Assembly (NCBI GenBank): GCA_040285855.1
Contig: JAUFOQ010000006.1
Location: forward strand, 992,001-1,056,000
DNA from: Eukaryota sp. GEM-RC1
Lineage: Eukaryota
DNA: 64,000 bases
Direction: 5' to 3'
Part shown: piece by piece, positions 25,770-37,480 of the stretch
How the letters are laid out: each line of letters opens with the position of its first letter
How positions within the stretch are numbered: the stretch's first letter is position 1
Made by a program: the position numbers and the translations under genes
Notes under the pieces: model-generated
What the model was told of the DNA's origin: nothing
Seen by the model: the letters and a program-made list of their open reading frames with translations, nothing else
Database searches by the model: none

Positions 25770-27222
25770 TGGGACTGTGCAGGTTCTGGTTTAGGTTTCA
25801 AGCCAAACATTTTCTTACCAAACCCAGCTGAACCTAAACCCACAATCCATAACCAAACCAAACCGAAAACGTTTTTTAATAAAACCAAACCACAACTATA
25901 CATTTAGCTAAAATGAATTACATTTAATTTCAAAAACCCTCTGACTCTGATTTACATCTTATATTAACGATCTTAACGCTTACATGGACACTTCTTCTTG
26001 GTAGCCAAGCAACTTCTGTTTGTTGCGAACAAGTTTTTGTTCTGCTGGACGCACAGTTACAGAATTTAGAGCTTCTCTGTCAGATGAAAGATCCATGAAC
26101 CTGTCAGTCTCAAGGATTAGAGACGATTTTGTTAAAAAGAAAACTAACACTACTAGTAGTTGTTTGTGTAACTCGAGCAATGATTTAATAATAACGCTTA
26201 TCTAGTACCATTGTTAATGTTTCAGAACACGCAAACATTGCATGATCGTGTTGCAGTTACTACTTTAGTACATGAGGTGAAGATAAACACACCTTAGACT
26301 TGTCATTCAAATGTTCAGTGGTCATGAGTCTTCTTTTATTGAGAAGAAAGATCATTTCTGATTACAACACAATATGTAAGTTTGCAATTCTTAGACGAGT
26401 ATGTAATCATACACAAAGACATCTTTTGAGTAAAGATATGAAATTATTGATTGATTTTCATCGAATAAAATAGCTCAATGTTAGTTCGGATTAATGCCCA
26501 CTCGACTCGACTAAGCCTCTTACTTCAATCGACTCCACTTTTGTAAGTCGAGTCGAGTCTAAGGTCCAGTGAACTTAGCGTGGAGCGGAGTGCGACTCGA
26601 CTCGGCTGAGTTCAGTTGAGTCCAATTTATTGACTGGTGTTTCAATACTTCAATACAAAAATGTTGTCTTAAAATTACTCAGTTGACTAATTTGAAAGCA
26701 AACTAGAAGATAAGCTGAAGAAATGTGTTGAATTTCAAAACGGATACATATATGCTAGACTTGTCATGGTACCGTAATGAAGTGTTGTCGACGTCTGTTT
26801 TCTCAAATGCAATCGGGTCACGTTAACGCCATTTTCGGTCAAGCTGTCGCAACCCCTCACGACGGGTCAAAGCTAACGTTTCTGAATTTTTGTCGATTCC
26901 GTCATGTGTATGTATGTTAAACTAAATGAGTGTTGGTCAATGAATGTTTATTTCGAAGCTTGAGTTGTTAAAGATATCCTACAGTGATTGTTCCAATTAA
27001 AAGCTTCAGCAAGTTACGGGAAGTCCAATATTGTTGCAAGATTTTTTGTTACGAGTTTTACGGAAGTTGAATCAATCTATTGCGCATCTCTTTAACTATC
27101 AGGGATATATTTCCTGTACATTTGATCCAAGATTTAAGGATGTTCTGCCAAATGAGATCACTGCTTCAGACGTTCAAGAATATTACAGTAGGCTGCTGAA
27201 AGAACACCAATACCACAGCTGA
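25770..27222 (+). mobile_element. Decayed hAT-like remnants (subterminal AAACC and ACTCG repeat tracts; transposase fragment)
   Basis: AAACC-rich tract 25800-25892, CGACT/ACTCG tract 26500-26605, FDPRFK motif in ORF 27031..27222. Confidence 0.45.
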
Positions 27223-28179
27223 CAGAGAGCCATAAGATACCATTCAATTCCTACTGTTCTACTGGAGTTAACGTACGACAGTCAGTTATAGTGTTTTGGT
27301 TAGTGAAGATGATTTGGGGAATATAGACGCGTTGGACATGAATTTATCACTCAAAAGCATAGATGAGGGTGATGAAACACTACAGCTATGGACAACCTCA
27401 CGTCTCGGATCTAATCCTTGACACTGGCGCGAACGATGGAAAGTTTGAGAACCTAGACTATGAGCCGAAACCCGAAGGATCTTCAATAAGAAATGACTAT
27501 TTATCCATGACCGTCTTGGTCAACAAAACCCCCTTAATCGGTACTTGGGACTGCGCCTGCCAAACAAATGGCATTTCAGAAGACCTTCTTAAGGCAAACC
27601 TCACGATTCTACCTTCCAAAATCAATTTTAGACTCGGAGTGAAAACAAACAAAACTGGGTCACCAAGAAACATGTTGACTTAGATATACTCAAGAATGAC
27701 TCCACCTACTCAAGATTCACGCAGCTTACCGAAAACAAGAAGCCTCGTGTTAAGAGTATTATTAGTTTTATTATTCGCCTTCTATTAGCGGATCTAACTC
27801 ATTATCAAGGTCATGAGAGATCCTTTTCCCCTAGATGAAAAGAGAAAGGGTAATGTTATAGCACGTGAGTTAGCACCTTGGTGAAATCCTTTTCACCTTG
27901 TCTTATTCTGTTCCCCTTGAAAAAAAAACAGGTTTACAACAACCTTCGCAAAACTTTCCGGAACTAAGATCAAGGAAGACTTCTTGGAATCACAAAAAAA
28001 GTTTTGATGTTTCTATGTGACCCTAGATCTATCTGTGCAGAACTTGCATCCATGGTTCGATTGGCTAATGCTCCAAATTCCGAACGTTGGGGACTAACTA
28101 ATGAAACGGTTAACACAGTGACACTGATGTTCTTAGGAATACTTGTTTGTTGGTTGTAGACCGCCAGTCCATTTTCTGA

Positions 28180-29880
28180 AACTGAAGACCAGTACCAAGA
28201 ACTTCTTGAGCCAAAATTAACCGATATTTTCCGTGCTGATTTGAAGCAATCCAAAATATTTGACTTAGTTGTGATTTCCAGCCATGCTCTAGTCTACGCT
28301 GCAGAAGTAAAACTTGATCAAGGCAAAGGAGACTCGTTAAGTCAAATCATGCAATAATATGAATTATTTTGGGAAAAGCACAGAAATGTATTCACACAAT
28401 TTAAAAATTGTTGTCGTTTTTGTAGTAAAAATCAAAGATTATTTTCTCAAACTCTATAATGTCTAAGAGTGATCAATTGATCCTCTTCTTGAACTGGAGG
28501 GAAGAAGAACAAAACACTTCTGGTCTGAAAGTAGTAACGACTCTCTACAAAATTTGACAACTACAAATTTATCAATGTTTAAAATAATTAATTGAAATCC
28601 TGGAAATTACTTCCCGAATTATAAAATTAACGACCAACTCAAAAAAAAACAAAGTCATCAAAATTAATAACAATTGCTTTTTCTGATGAAATTCATCCCC
28701 TAGAACAATCAAAGTGTAGCCAATGGTAGGAAGTCTTAACAAATCAATCACGATTCTAGCACTCGTATCAAAAGGTCCGACTCTGATACCAAAGGGAATC
28801 ATCATCACAGACCAATCAGAGAAGAGATCACTATGATATAGGAAAGAACATAACCTGATTCACGATCGTTATAGGAAATAAAGAAAGTATAACGTGTGAA
28901 ATCAACAAAACCACTTGGTGAAGAACCAAAACAATTAACAACATATTCTGAAAAGAAAACTCAAGGTCCTCTTGAATTCTTTGATTTTGTGAATCTTTGA
29001 TGGGATTCAAATTGATTTTTGACCTGGTGACGTTAGATCTGGACGCAACGGTTGATCCATAGTTTGTGTTATAGAAGAATCTGTTGAGACCGTACATTAA
29101 TGTTTTTACATTGTAGTTGGGCAAACGTACTGCAGAGTGAAGTAACGTCATCAATCACATCAGAATTTTGACCTGTTTAGACTGATTTTGATCTCGAAAC
29201 ATCAATAATTAGTGGTTTCTGATCAATATCACCAGAAAAAGTGGAATATCAGGAAATTTAGAGCTTCTACCATCATCAACAAAGTAGCTCAATCAATCAA
29301 TTGGATTGCAATCGGCAATCAGAACAGATTGTTTCCAATTGCGTTCCAAAAGACTGTCCAGAATCAACAACATCACCAAGAGAATCAAAATCAAAATCAA
29401 CATAATCACCATCAATCAAACCCTCAATCAAAAGATCCCTAATGACACACTTATGATAATTGATACCAGCAGAGAACACAATTACTGAGAATTATCGAAT
29501 TAAATCAATTACTCTAGGAATATTAGCAAGAAGTCTCTGGTCATTTGTGAAGTGGTTCATGGTGGGGTAAGTAATAGGACCAATGGAGAGAAACCAGCAG
29601 TTGGTGGAAGCATTGTAAGGGGAAGTGACAATGTTCAAAGAGGATGTGACCTGAAGAGATTCTCCTGGGTGAGTGTAGACGGATGATAGAAGTCTCTGAG
29701 TTCAAAAAGAGGGGATCTTGATGAGAGGTTTAGGAGAGTGAAGTCGTAGCAAGAAAAGGAATCAAGAACAGTATTAGTACGAGCTTTGAAAGAGCCAATG
29801 CTTTGGTCTAGATTGAGACGACAAGAAGACTGGTCGTTGGAGGAGTAGATAGTGAAAGAGAAAGAATTGGCTGAAAACAA
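28180..29880 (-). repeat. Dispersed repeat family, copy A (inverted, partial)
   Basis: Reverse complement of ~47470-49190 and ~56250-57605. Includes a degenerate PD-(D/E)XK ORF at 28180-28440 on the + strand. Confidence 0.9.
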
Positions 29881-29912
29881 TGTTTATATAATCAAACTCT
29901 GCACCATGGATC

Positions 29913-30620
29913 CAGGAATGTAAAATAAATAAATATATTGTACAATAACAATAAATATATTTATTGTTATCTTATTGTGGACATCTCTCTCAACAATATA
30001 TTTATCTTCAAAACTCAACAATATACGATATATTTCAATAAGATAAGATAATTCAAGAACGTTTTTTTCTTGTTGTAACCTGATTTTTTCTTGATGTCAA
30101 TTTTGTATAAAGTAAGATTGTGTTGAAGCATTTGAACTCCAAGGTAACAGAGAACCATGCAATCACGGTGGCTTAAATAAAAGATTGAACAAACGTAAAC
30201 AGCAACGAACTAATCAAGATCCACAGTATATAGATTTAAATTGGATACCTGCAACTAGAAATGAAGATGGGATGCTTTTCAGTCTAGCTCAGAAGGACTT
30301 CAGGAAACACTCAACCAAATCGGAACTCAAAAGCGTTAGGAAAGCAACTTTCCTTGTTGTACAATGTTGATCTGTGGGATCAAACTTCTATTGGAAAAAT
30401 TTAAATAAAGTATCTCACATCTCAATACAATCAGGTTACAAGTGATGAATGTGATCAAATTCTTGCTCTTAGTGATTTGTTACTGTCGTTATTGAAGATA
30501 TATTTATTGTTTTGACTCAAGATAACCAATAAATAAGATAAGATATCAATTCAGACAATATATTTATTGTTGAATGTCAGAAAAACAATAAGATAACAAT
30601 AAGATATTTTTACATTGCTG
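29913..30620 (+). mobile_element. Non-autonomous hAT element (708 bp)
   Basis: TIRs CAGGAATGTAAAATA / CAGCAATGTAAAAATA; perfect 8-bp TSD CATGGATC (29905-29912, 30621-30628); internal YIDLNWIPAT.N...LFS resembles the hAT C-terminal dimerisation region. Confidence 0.9.
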
Positions 30621-30954
30621 CATGGATCAGAATTTTTATCTTCGAAAAACATAAAAAACACCCAAAGCAGGCTTGTAAAAAACGTTGCTCAAATATAACA
30701 AACGTCGTTTTTTACGTTTTTTCGAATTCCATAAAAAACGTTCAAAAGGGGCAACATATGACTTTCATCAGGGTTCTGCTAATAGCCTGAGATTTGTTAA
30801 TGAATCTCGTTTGTAAACAATACAGATTGTAAGGATGTTAGCATGAGAATATCACAATGATACTGTAAGAAAGAAACTTATGTCATTGAAATTGTGCGAC
30901 TACAGTTTTGTAATGAAAAAGCAGAGGTGCTTACCAATTCACTTTCTTTGCAAA

Positions 30955-31389
30955 ATGAGCCAAGTTGTTACAACTTCACCTACCCTTAAACGTCTCTGCT
31001 CTACAGCTTCTATACCTACCCCTTACAGTCCATCACTCAACTCTTCGCCAAAGTTTGACTCCTCTCCTTCTATAAAGCGAACAAGAAAAGAACTCACAAC
31101 TGACCTCTCATACTTTCCTTCGAACAATCCCAAGCCCAAATCACTTCACTCCTTCGTGTCCCGGTCGTGTAAACCGGTTGTTGCTCCAAATGGAAAGCGT
31201 TTCTACTCAGAGGATGATGTACAACAGATACTAGATAACGCTCTGTCGTCGTTTGAAGAGAAGCTCAAATCCAAGTATGATCAGATTCTGGCGGAGAAGC
31301 TTCAGGACCAATACAATTGTTTTGTGACTTTCAATAATGAATATCTGTCGAAGAATGTCGGTAATGGTGATTTATCGTATTATTGCTAA
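30955..31389 (+). CDS. AKIRIN: Akirin
   Basis: N-terminal TLKR and C-terminal EEKLKSKYDQILAEKLQDQYNCFVTFN..Y...SYYC match the akirin conserved tail. Confidence 0.85.
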   Translation: MSQVVTTSPTLKRLCSTASIPTPYSPSLNSSPKFDSSPSIKRTRKELTTDLSYFPSNNPKPKSLHSFVSRSCKPVVAPNGKRFYSEDDVQQILDNALSSFEEKLKSKYDQILAEKLQDQYNCFVTFNNEYLSKNVGNGDLSYYC

Positions 31390-31890
31390 CCTTTGCGTGT
31401 ATAAAAACTTGGTTTTTCTTCAATATTTTCTGCTGTTATTATCTTTCATTTCTATGAAATTCAATTTTTGGATAGAACAAAGAATGAAAACTGAGAAAGT
31501 GTACATGTAGTTTCTATGAAATTACTACAATGTAGGAGTGAACAACAATTTAGCTGATTCATCAGGGCCAATTGAAGTACAGACTTTTATTCAGCACTTG
31601 ATAACAAATGATTGGTGCCATAAAAATGTAAAAAGGATTTTCATCAAAGAAACAGAATCGAACTTTAGTTCGGACCGTTATAATTGTTTTCTTGGTGTTA
31701 TGGTTGAAGTAATAAGCAATTGGAACCGTAACATTCAATCTTTTGGCACAAATGATGCATTAATGATGGGCTTCATGCGACAATGTGTGTGCATTATTAA
31801 TCTTCCATCATATGCTGTCGATTTAGGTTTATTACATGCAGAAGTAGAAATTGTTGAAGAAAAATCTCTCCTCTTTCAACACTTGAACAC

Positions 31891-33007
31891 ATGACTTCTA
31901 CCCCACATCTTCTACCTTTATCAGTCTCTCTTCATTCATGGAATGGCGATTTCTCCAGTATGCCGTAATATCTACTTGTTTATTACAGAAATTGCTTTCG
32001 TCGCAACTGGATCTTCTGATGTTTCAATTTATGAGGTCACTTTCTCTAAACCAACTAATGCCGTCTTCATGTACAATCAATCTCTTTCTGTTCATGCACA
32101 AACCATCATTGGACTCGATTGGTGTGGAGTAACTAATCGAATTGTTACATGTTCAGAGGATTGCTCTGTTCGTGTTTGGCATTTCAACGAGACGTCGAAA
32201 TCTTGGATGGAGAAAATTGTACACACAACCACTCGCGCTGTTCTCAGCCTCCATTGGTCTCCTGATGGTCAACATATAGCTCTAGGACATGGTCAAAAGG
32301 CTGTTTCAGTCTGCTACTTCGATGAATCGAACCAGTTCTGGACCGATGCCAACAGCAGTATCAAGAAGCCACACAAATCGGCAGTTACTTCAGTAGCTTG
32401 GTCTCCTAACAACCAACTAGTGGCTTCTGGTTGCACAGATTGTCATGTTCGCGTGTTCAATCCCTCTGCAAAGAAGGTCATGGCTGACGTGATAATTCCT
32501 TCTTGGGTTGATTCCCTGTCCTTTATAACTAATAACGAGATTGTATTCTCATGTCACAACTCTACACTACACTTTGTCACTATAGAACCATATACTCACG
32601 AAGTGTTGACACTTAAAGGCCTTCCAGAGTCTTGCATTCAAGTTGTTAGCCAAGACGTTATCGTTGCAGGGGGATACGATCGTAACCCACATTTGTATAA
32701 AAGATCTGACGATGGTACCTGGAGTTTCTACTCCGCTCTTGACCAACCAAAGTCCAAGGCTACATCAGCTCTAAGTAAGTTAACAGCTAGCTTTGAACAA
32801 GTTGATGTATCTGGTTCTGCCAAAAAGCCCGATTATTCTCTTAATACCATTCATCAGAATACCATCACGTGTATGTCTTTGATCAAGGGACGTGTGCAGA
32901 AGGAAACATCGAAGGACGATGTGGTGTCTGAAACATTGGTCACGGACACTGTGTTGTGTACTACGAGTTCTGATGGCAAGATGGTGTTATGGAAGCTTGA
33001 GTTGTAA
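31891..33007 (+). CDS. ARPC1: Arp2/3 complex subunit 1 (p41, WD40); intron 31958..31988
   Basis: Spliced N-terminus SLHSWNGDFSKIA..DVSIYE, IIGLDW..TNRIVTCSED, VCYFDESNQFW, IKKPHKSAVTSVAW, TIHQNTIT. Confidence 0.9.
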
Positions 33008-33049
33008 ATTCTAATAATAAATTTATTCTTTTGTTCCTAATGTTATACT

Positions 33050-33203
33050 GTGAATTTCATTCCAAATGCATAAGGACATAACCCTTCACATTTTCATGAT
33101 CTCATGAGCAAGCTCGTAAGCAAACTCATGAGCAAAACTCACAGTTTGAACAAATAAATGTCCGCATTCGCAAAGTCTTTTAAGACGAGCTAACTTCATA
33201 GAT
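33050..33203 (-). ncRNA. Putative Fanzor omega-RNA scaffold; guide would extend into ~33030-33049
   Basis: Directly 3' of the Fanzor stop. 13-bp stem CGAAUGC-GGACAU / AUGUCC-(UUAU)-GCAUUUG; hairpin CUCAUGAGU..GCU-UACG-AGC..GCUCAUGAG; GUCU-UAAA-AGAC hairpin; internal GUGAA complementary to terminal UUCAC. Confidence 0.7.
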
Positions 33204-36087
33204 TCAAGATTCCTGATCTTTCTGGTTTACGTGTGAGTCCTTGGGTACATCTTTCTTAGGCTTATTTGGACAAGTTGCTCTGTTATGTCCAGGTTGAAAA
33301 CATATACCACACTTGTTAGGACCTCTGACTTTTGTTAGAGGACGCTTTGCTTTACCCTTACCCTTACTCACAGTCTTTTTCTTAGGAATCTGATCTGTAT
33401 TCCCGCCATCCACGACAGGTGTTGTTTGAGATTTTGGTCTCTCGAGGATGGCAGGTCTACCTTGACCTTGAATGGTTCCATCTACAATATTGTAAATATT
33501 GATAGCAGAATTGAAGTCTCTATTCCAGAGGACATGACATTTAGCACATTCAACTAAGCCCCATGGTGAGACTTTTTTGCTCTTCAATCTTTCTTTCGAT
33601 AATGGCAACTGGTCAGTCCATTCATCATCAAAGTTACGCTGCACAATATTGTCTAATTGATTGTGTTCCATAATTTCCTTTTTTAATTCTTTTCTCTTCC
33701 TTCTGTAACTTCTTCTTCCAATGAGGATCAGTGACTTTTATCCTTTCAGGATTGGAACAGATACCTTCGTCGTTTCTGGAAACACACGCAGAACAACATT
33801 TGCTGGTCTTAAATTCATCAACTAGGAACACTTTAAATCCAAATTTTTTCAATAATTTCCGAATTGAAGCACCTTTCACAGTAGATGCTTTACCTCTTCT
33901 TCGACGAAAAGCAGTGTCGTTCCAGTCTCCATACCCAACAATGACTTCATCTGGGTTACCAAACTGGAGAGCAAATCTGTGAAGCATGTTTTTTCACTTC
34001 GTTCCTTTCTTGAATACTGTGTTAAGCGTCTACGTCTAAACCACTTTTCTTCGTAAATTCCTGCAGTAGTTCTTTGATCAGTAGTGGGTGATCGTAATAA
34101 GGAACAGGTAATTTCTTTACCAAGAACAAAAGCAGAATACTGAGTCAATTCACAAGATTTACTACCTGGTGAGTTAGAGCCCCATTGATCTAAAATTTGT
34201 TGCCCATTTATGTCAATGCGTCTGCCATCTGGAATGTGAATAAATTGGGTAGAGTATTGTTGTAACCGTTCGGACTCAGATAAACGGTGGAGATTATATC
34301 GTCTTATTTTCTTCTCCAGCTTCCTCTTCTTTCTCTTAGCTCTTTTTCTTTCCTTCCTTGTTTTTTTCTTTTCCATGGAGACTTTTTAATATCGGCATTG
34401 CGCTCCCCAGCAGTGTATCTGAATACTTTCCAATTATCACGATTTTTCAACTTGACAGTTGATGGTTTGTCAATAGTGGGTGCGTCTTTCCAATCCTTCA
34501 ATTCATTTTTTAATTTTTTCAAGCTTCCTTTTTTCTTTGATGATTTTGGAGAAATCTTTCTTCTTCTGAGTTTGGCTGATGTATCGAAACCTTCGATTTC
34601 CTTTTCCTCCTTAGATTTTAAAGAAGCACAGTACATCAAATCATGCTGATTAGGATCAATAGCAACAATTCTTTTTGATTTCAAATTTAAGTTTTGAATT
34701 TCTGTTGAACTCAAAGAATCAATGTACCTTTCAGTACTGGTGTGGTCAACCGCTTTCACCTTCTTATGAGGATTTCCTCTCCCATCAAGCAGATCTTTCC
34801 GCATCATCATTAAACTACAGCTAACTCCATCTGTAGAAATAGAACTGTATTTGAAGTCATGAGACAATGACTTTGGAAGACACTTTGGTTTCAAAACTGA
34901 GTGCCAAATATCTTTTCGAACGTCATCAAAGTTACCTTTAATTTCTGATGTATAAACTTCTTTAAACCATGAAGTATCCAACCTAATATGATTAGGAATC
35001 AATGATTTTGTCAGAGGAAAAGGATTATTGGCAGTAACACCAGTACAAGAGTCTTCAACAAGACGTTTCAAATACACTGCATGACTTAAGAATGTCAAAG
35101 GATCTACTTTTTCAGCATAATAGATTGTTTTTTCCATTTTACCTTCAAAAAAAGTAAACAAATAGTTAAAAAATAGTAAACTCAGTCTAGAATTGGGATC
35201 AAGAAACACTTCAACATCTTGAAAATTAATTTTTGAAATTTCCCCATTAATGATCAACTGTCTGACTTCATTAAGCTTTGTACACAACTCTTGTCGTTGA
35301 TTCTTATCAGTAAGCTTGTTAAGTCTATCTTTTTCAGGGTAACCAAATTAAATACCTGAAAAACATATTCGTGAAAGTGTTCACTCATGTTAGTCTTGTA
35401 ATTCGTTATAATTTCAGTAGCCATGTAATGCAATATACGAGATAAACGATGACTACTGGGAAACACAATCCTATCAAGTCCAACAGATCGAGCAGCTAGT
35501 TCTAAACGAGGAATGTAATGCATCAAGAAGTGTTGAGCAAACTGATTTTGAGTTGAGGCCTCATTTGGTTTAGAAGTTATGTTTGTTAACGATTCTTGTA
35601 CAGTCCTAATATGATTCTGATTGTTTACAAGTTTGTGGTCCCTAATCGTCATCATAGACAACACTTGTTCCATTGATTTCAACGTAAAAAAATTCTTCCA
35701 GTATGGCAATTCAATTTTGGCAGTTTGAATTTTAGTCCAAAGGTCAGGTTCAGGTTAAGGTTCATCACTCGCATCTTCAATATTTTCTAATTTAATAGGA
35801 GGAGTAGCAGCATCGATAGACTCTGAAGGTACATCTGTTTCTTCATCAGTTGACTCATCTGTATCAGAATTCATTTCTTCCTTAACAGTTACATTTGGAA
35901 CAGTAGCAGGCAGTAACTTCTGAATGTATTCTAAAATACCTGAATGGTGAAAATTATGAACAAAAAAATGTTTCAAAAAGAGAGAACCACGGACTCTTAC
36001 TTGGTGAGCTCTCTTAATACGAGATTCAATAAATTTAACCTTCGCTTTGGATACAACATTGTCTAGTCGTTTCTTAACCACTTTCAT
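33204..36087 (-). pseudogene. Fanzor (Fanzor1-like) RNA-guided RuvC endonuclease, ~960 codons, with four frameshifts and one in-frame TAA as assembled
   Basis: RuvC-I VAIDPN (~34655), ISTDGVSCSL, VIVGYGDW (~33930), rearranged RuvC-II VDEFKTSKCCSAC (~33815), zinc finger CAKC, RuvC-III WNRDFNSAINI (~33517). N-terminal VVK..L.....I...H....G.LFL. Confidence 0.92.
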
Positions 36088-37480
36088 TGGTGACTTTGAA
36101 CGTAAGGTTTGCTTTTGGGATCCAATAGGTCAGCCAACAAGTACTCAATCAGAGGTAATTGTTGAATTGAGTTCATCAACAATAGCGGTCTTGTCGATTC
36201 CTTGGCCCAAAGTTCATTTACTTTCTCCAAATTTCTTACAAATTTCTTTTTAATCTTATCGACCTTCACTTTGGGATTGTCTGGAACTAAAACATTAATA
36301 CTGTCAATTATGCCATGCAAGTTTTGGACATTATTGATCAATTGAACTTCATCAGGATCAGAGTCATGATTAAGTTCTTCCAAGCGTTTGACAGTTTCAT
36401 TTTTAGAAAAATTATTCATTTCAAGAAAAATTTGAACAACATTTTCCAAAAAACGGCCACCAGTAAAGACATAAAAATTCTTCAGTACAGCATTCAAATC
36501 GAGACTAAAAAACGGACCAAAAGTTGTTTCCTTACACCATTTGTTGAACCAAAAGGGAATATAGGGTTTAAATTCTGGAAAAGTAAACGTTGTATTGATT
36601 TTGAGGACTTGACAACGTGATACAAGAAAGGGAAATGTATCTAAGTGAAAGTCATAACTCACAAACAATCGTGGACAATGTTGAGTAATGAAGGAGATGA
36701 AGTTTTTAAGCATACTGGATTCACTATCTGAAATATGTAAAGTACACAAATCCAAGTTTGTAGTATCAAAATTGCCATGAGAAAATAAATGTTTTTCATT
36801 AAACTCATTGTGATCAATGATCTGGATGGAAATTGATACAATCGGATCAACAAAAGAATCACGTTTAACTTCTAATTGATCTTCAGCTTCACCTTCAACA
36901 GTTTCAATGTCATCATCATCTTGAACAAGTTGAACATTTTTGCCATTAATTCTTTCTTTTTTGGCAAAATCACTTTGAACATGAATTTAACAAAAAGTTG
37001 GCAGATTGTTCCAAAGTAAAGGGGAATTAAGAAAGTCTTGAATTTGTATTTCTTGTTCGATAGGCTCAGTGTGTAGATTTACTTCCATTTTATGGATTTC
37101 TTCTTGAATTGGCGATGGATACGACATAAAGGAGGCCTGTGATTTTGGTGGTAATTCAGATGGTGGTAATTCAGATGGCGATGATAGTTCAGATGGTGGT
37201 ACTTCAGATGATTCCAATGTGGACATACGGCGGTAAGTCTTCCGTATTGGAGTGCCACCAGTTGAAACAAGGGAGCTGATAGTTCTAAATTGATTTCGTT
37301 GAATTAAAGGTGAACCTCGTGGTGATGGAACATCTGAAATTTTGGCTTTACTTTTTTTAGTGCTTAAACCAGTAGATGTTATAGTGCTAGCAAGACGTGA
37401 ACCTGTGAGAGGAATTGAAGTGGTTGGATGTTCTTTACCGGCAGGAGGTTGAATGGGTAACGATGGTACAATAGGATCAT
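36084..37480 (-). CDS. 5'-truncated ORF with a low-complexity N-terminal part and a family-B DNA polymerase-type 3'-5' exonuclease-like domain; possibly fused to Fanzor
   Basis: Single frame with one TAA at 36987: ...DDIETVE...FVDPIVSISI...ISDSESSMLKNFISFITQHCPRLFVSYDFHLDTFPFLVSR...FSLDLNAVLK...LENVV. The stop overlaps the Fanzor ATG (ATGA). Confidence 0.65.

Noticed and set aside
31538..31894. Tc1/IS630 transposase remnant (NLPSYAVDL similar to LPPYSPDL)
   Set aside because: A single weak motif, with no TIRs or other DDE motifs identified.
33204..36087. Prokaryotic IS605/IS607 TnpB or Cas12
   Set aside because: No TnpA (Y1 or serine recombinase) and no CRISPR array; the length, rearranged RuvC-II and intron-containing neighbours fit Fanzor.
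36107..36145. 33-nt GT..CTGAC..AG intron creating the exonuclease-Fanzor fusion
   Set aside because: Its length is a multiple of three, so splicing would not change frame or remove the stop; fusion requires a 1-nt correction instead.
35755..36989. TAA reassigned as a sense codon (two in-frame TAA in the Fanzor element)
   Set aside because: Host genes (ARPC1, DCN1, akirin, SWEET) terminate at TAA at their expected ends, so point mutation is simpler.
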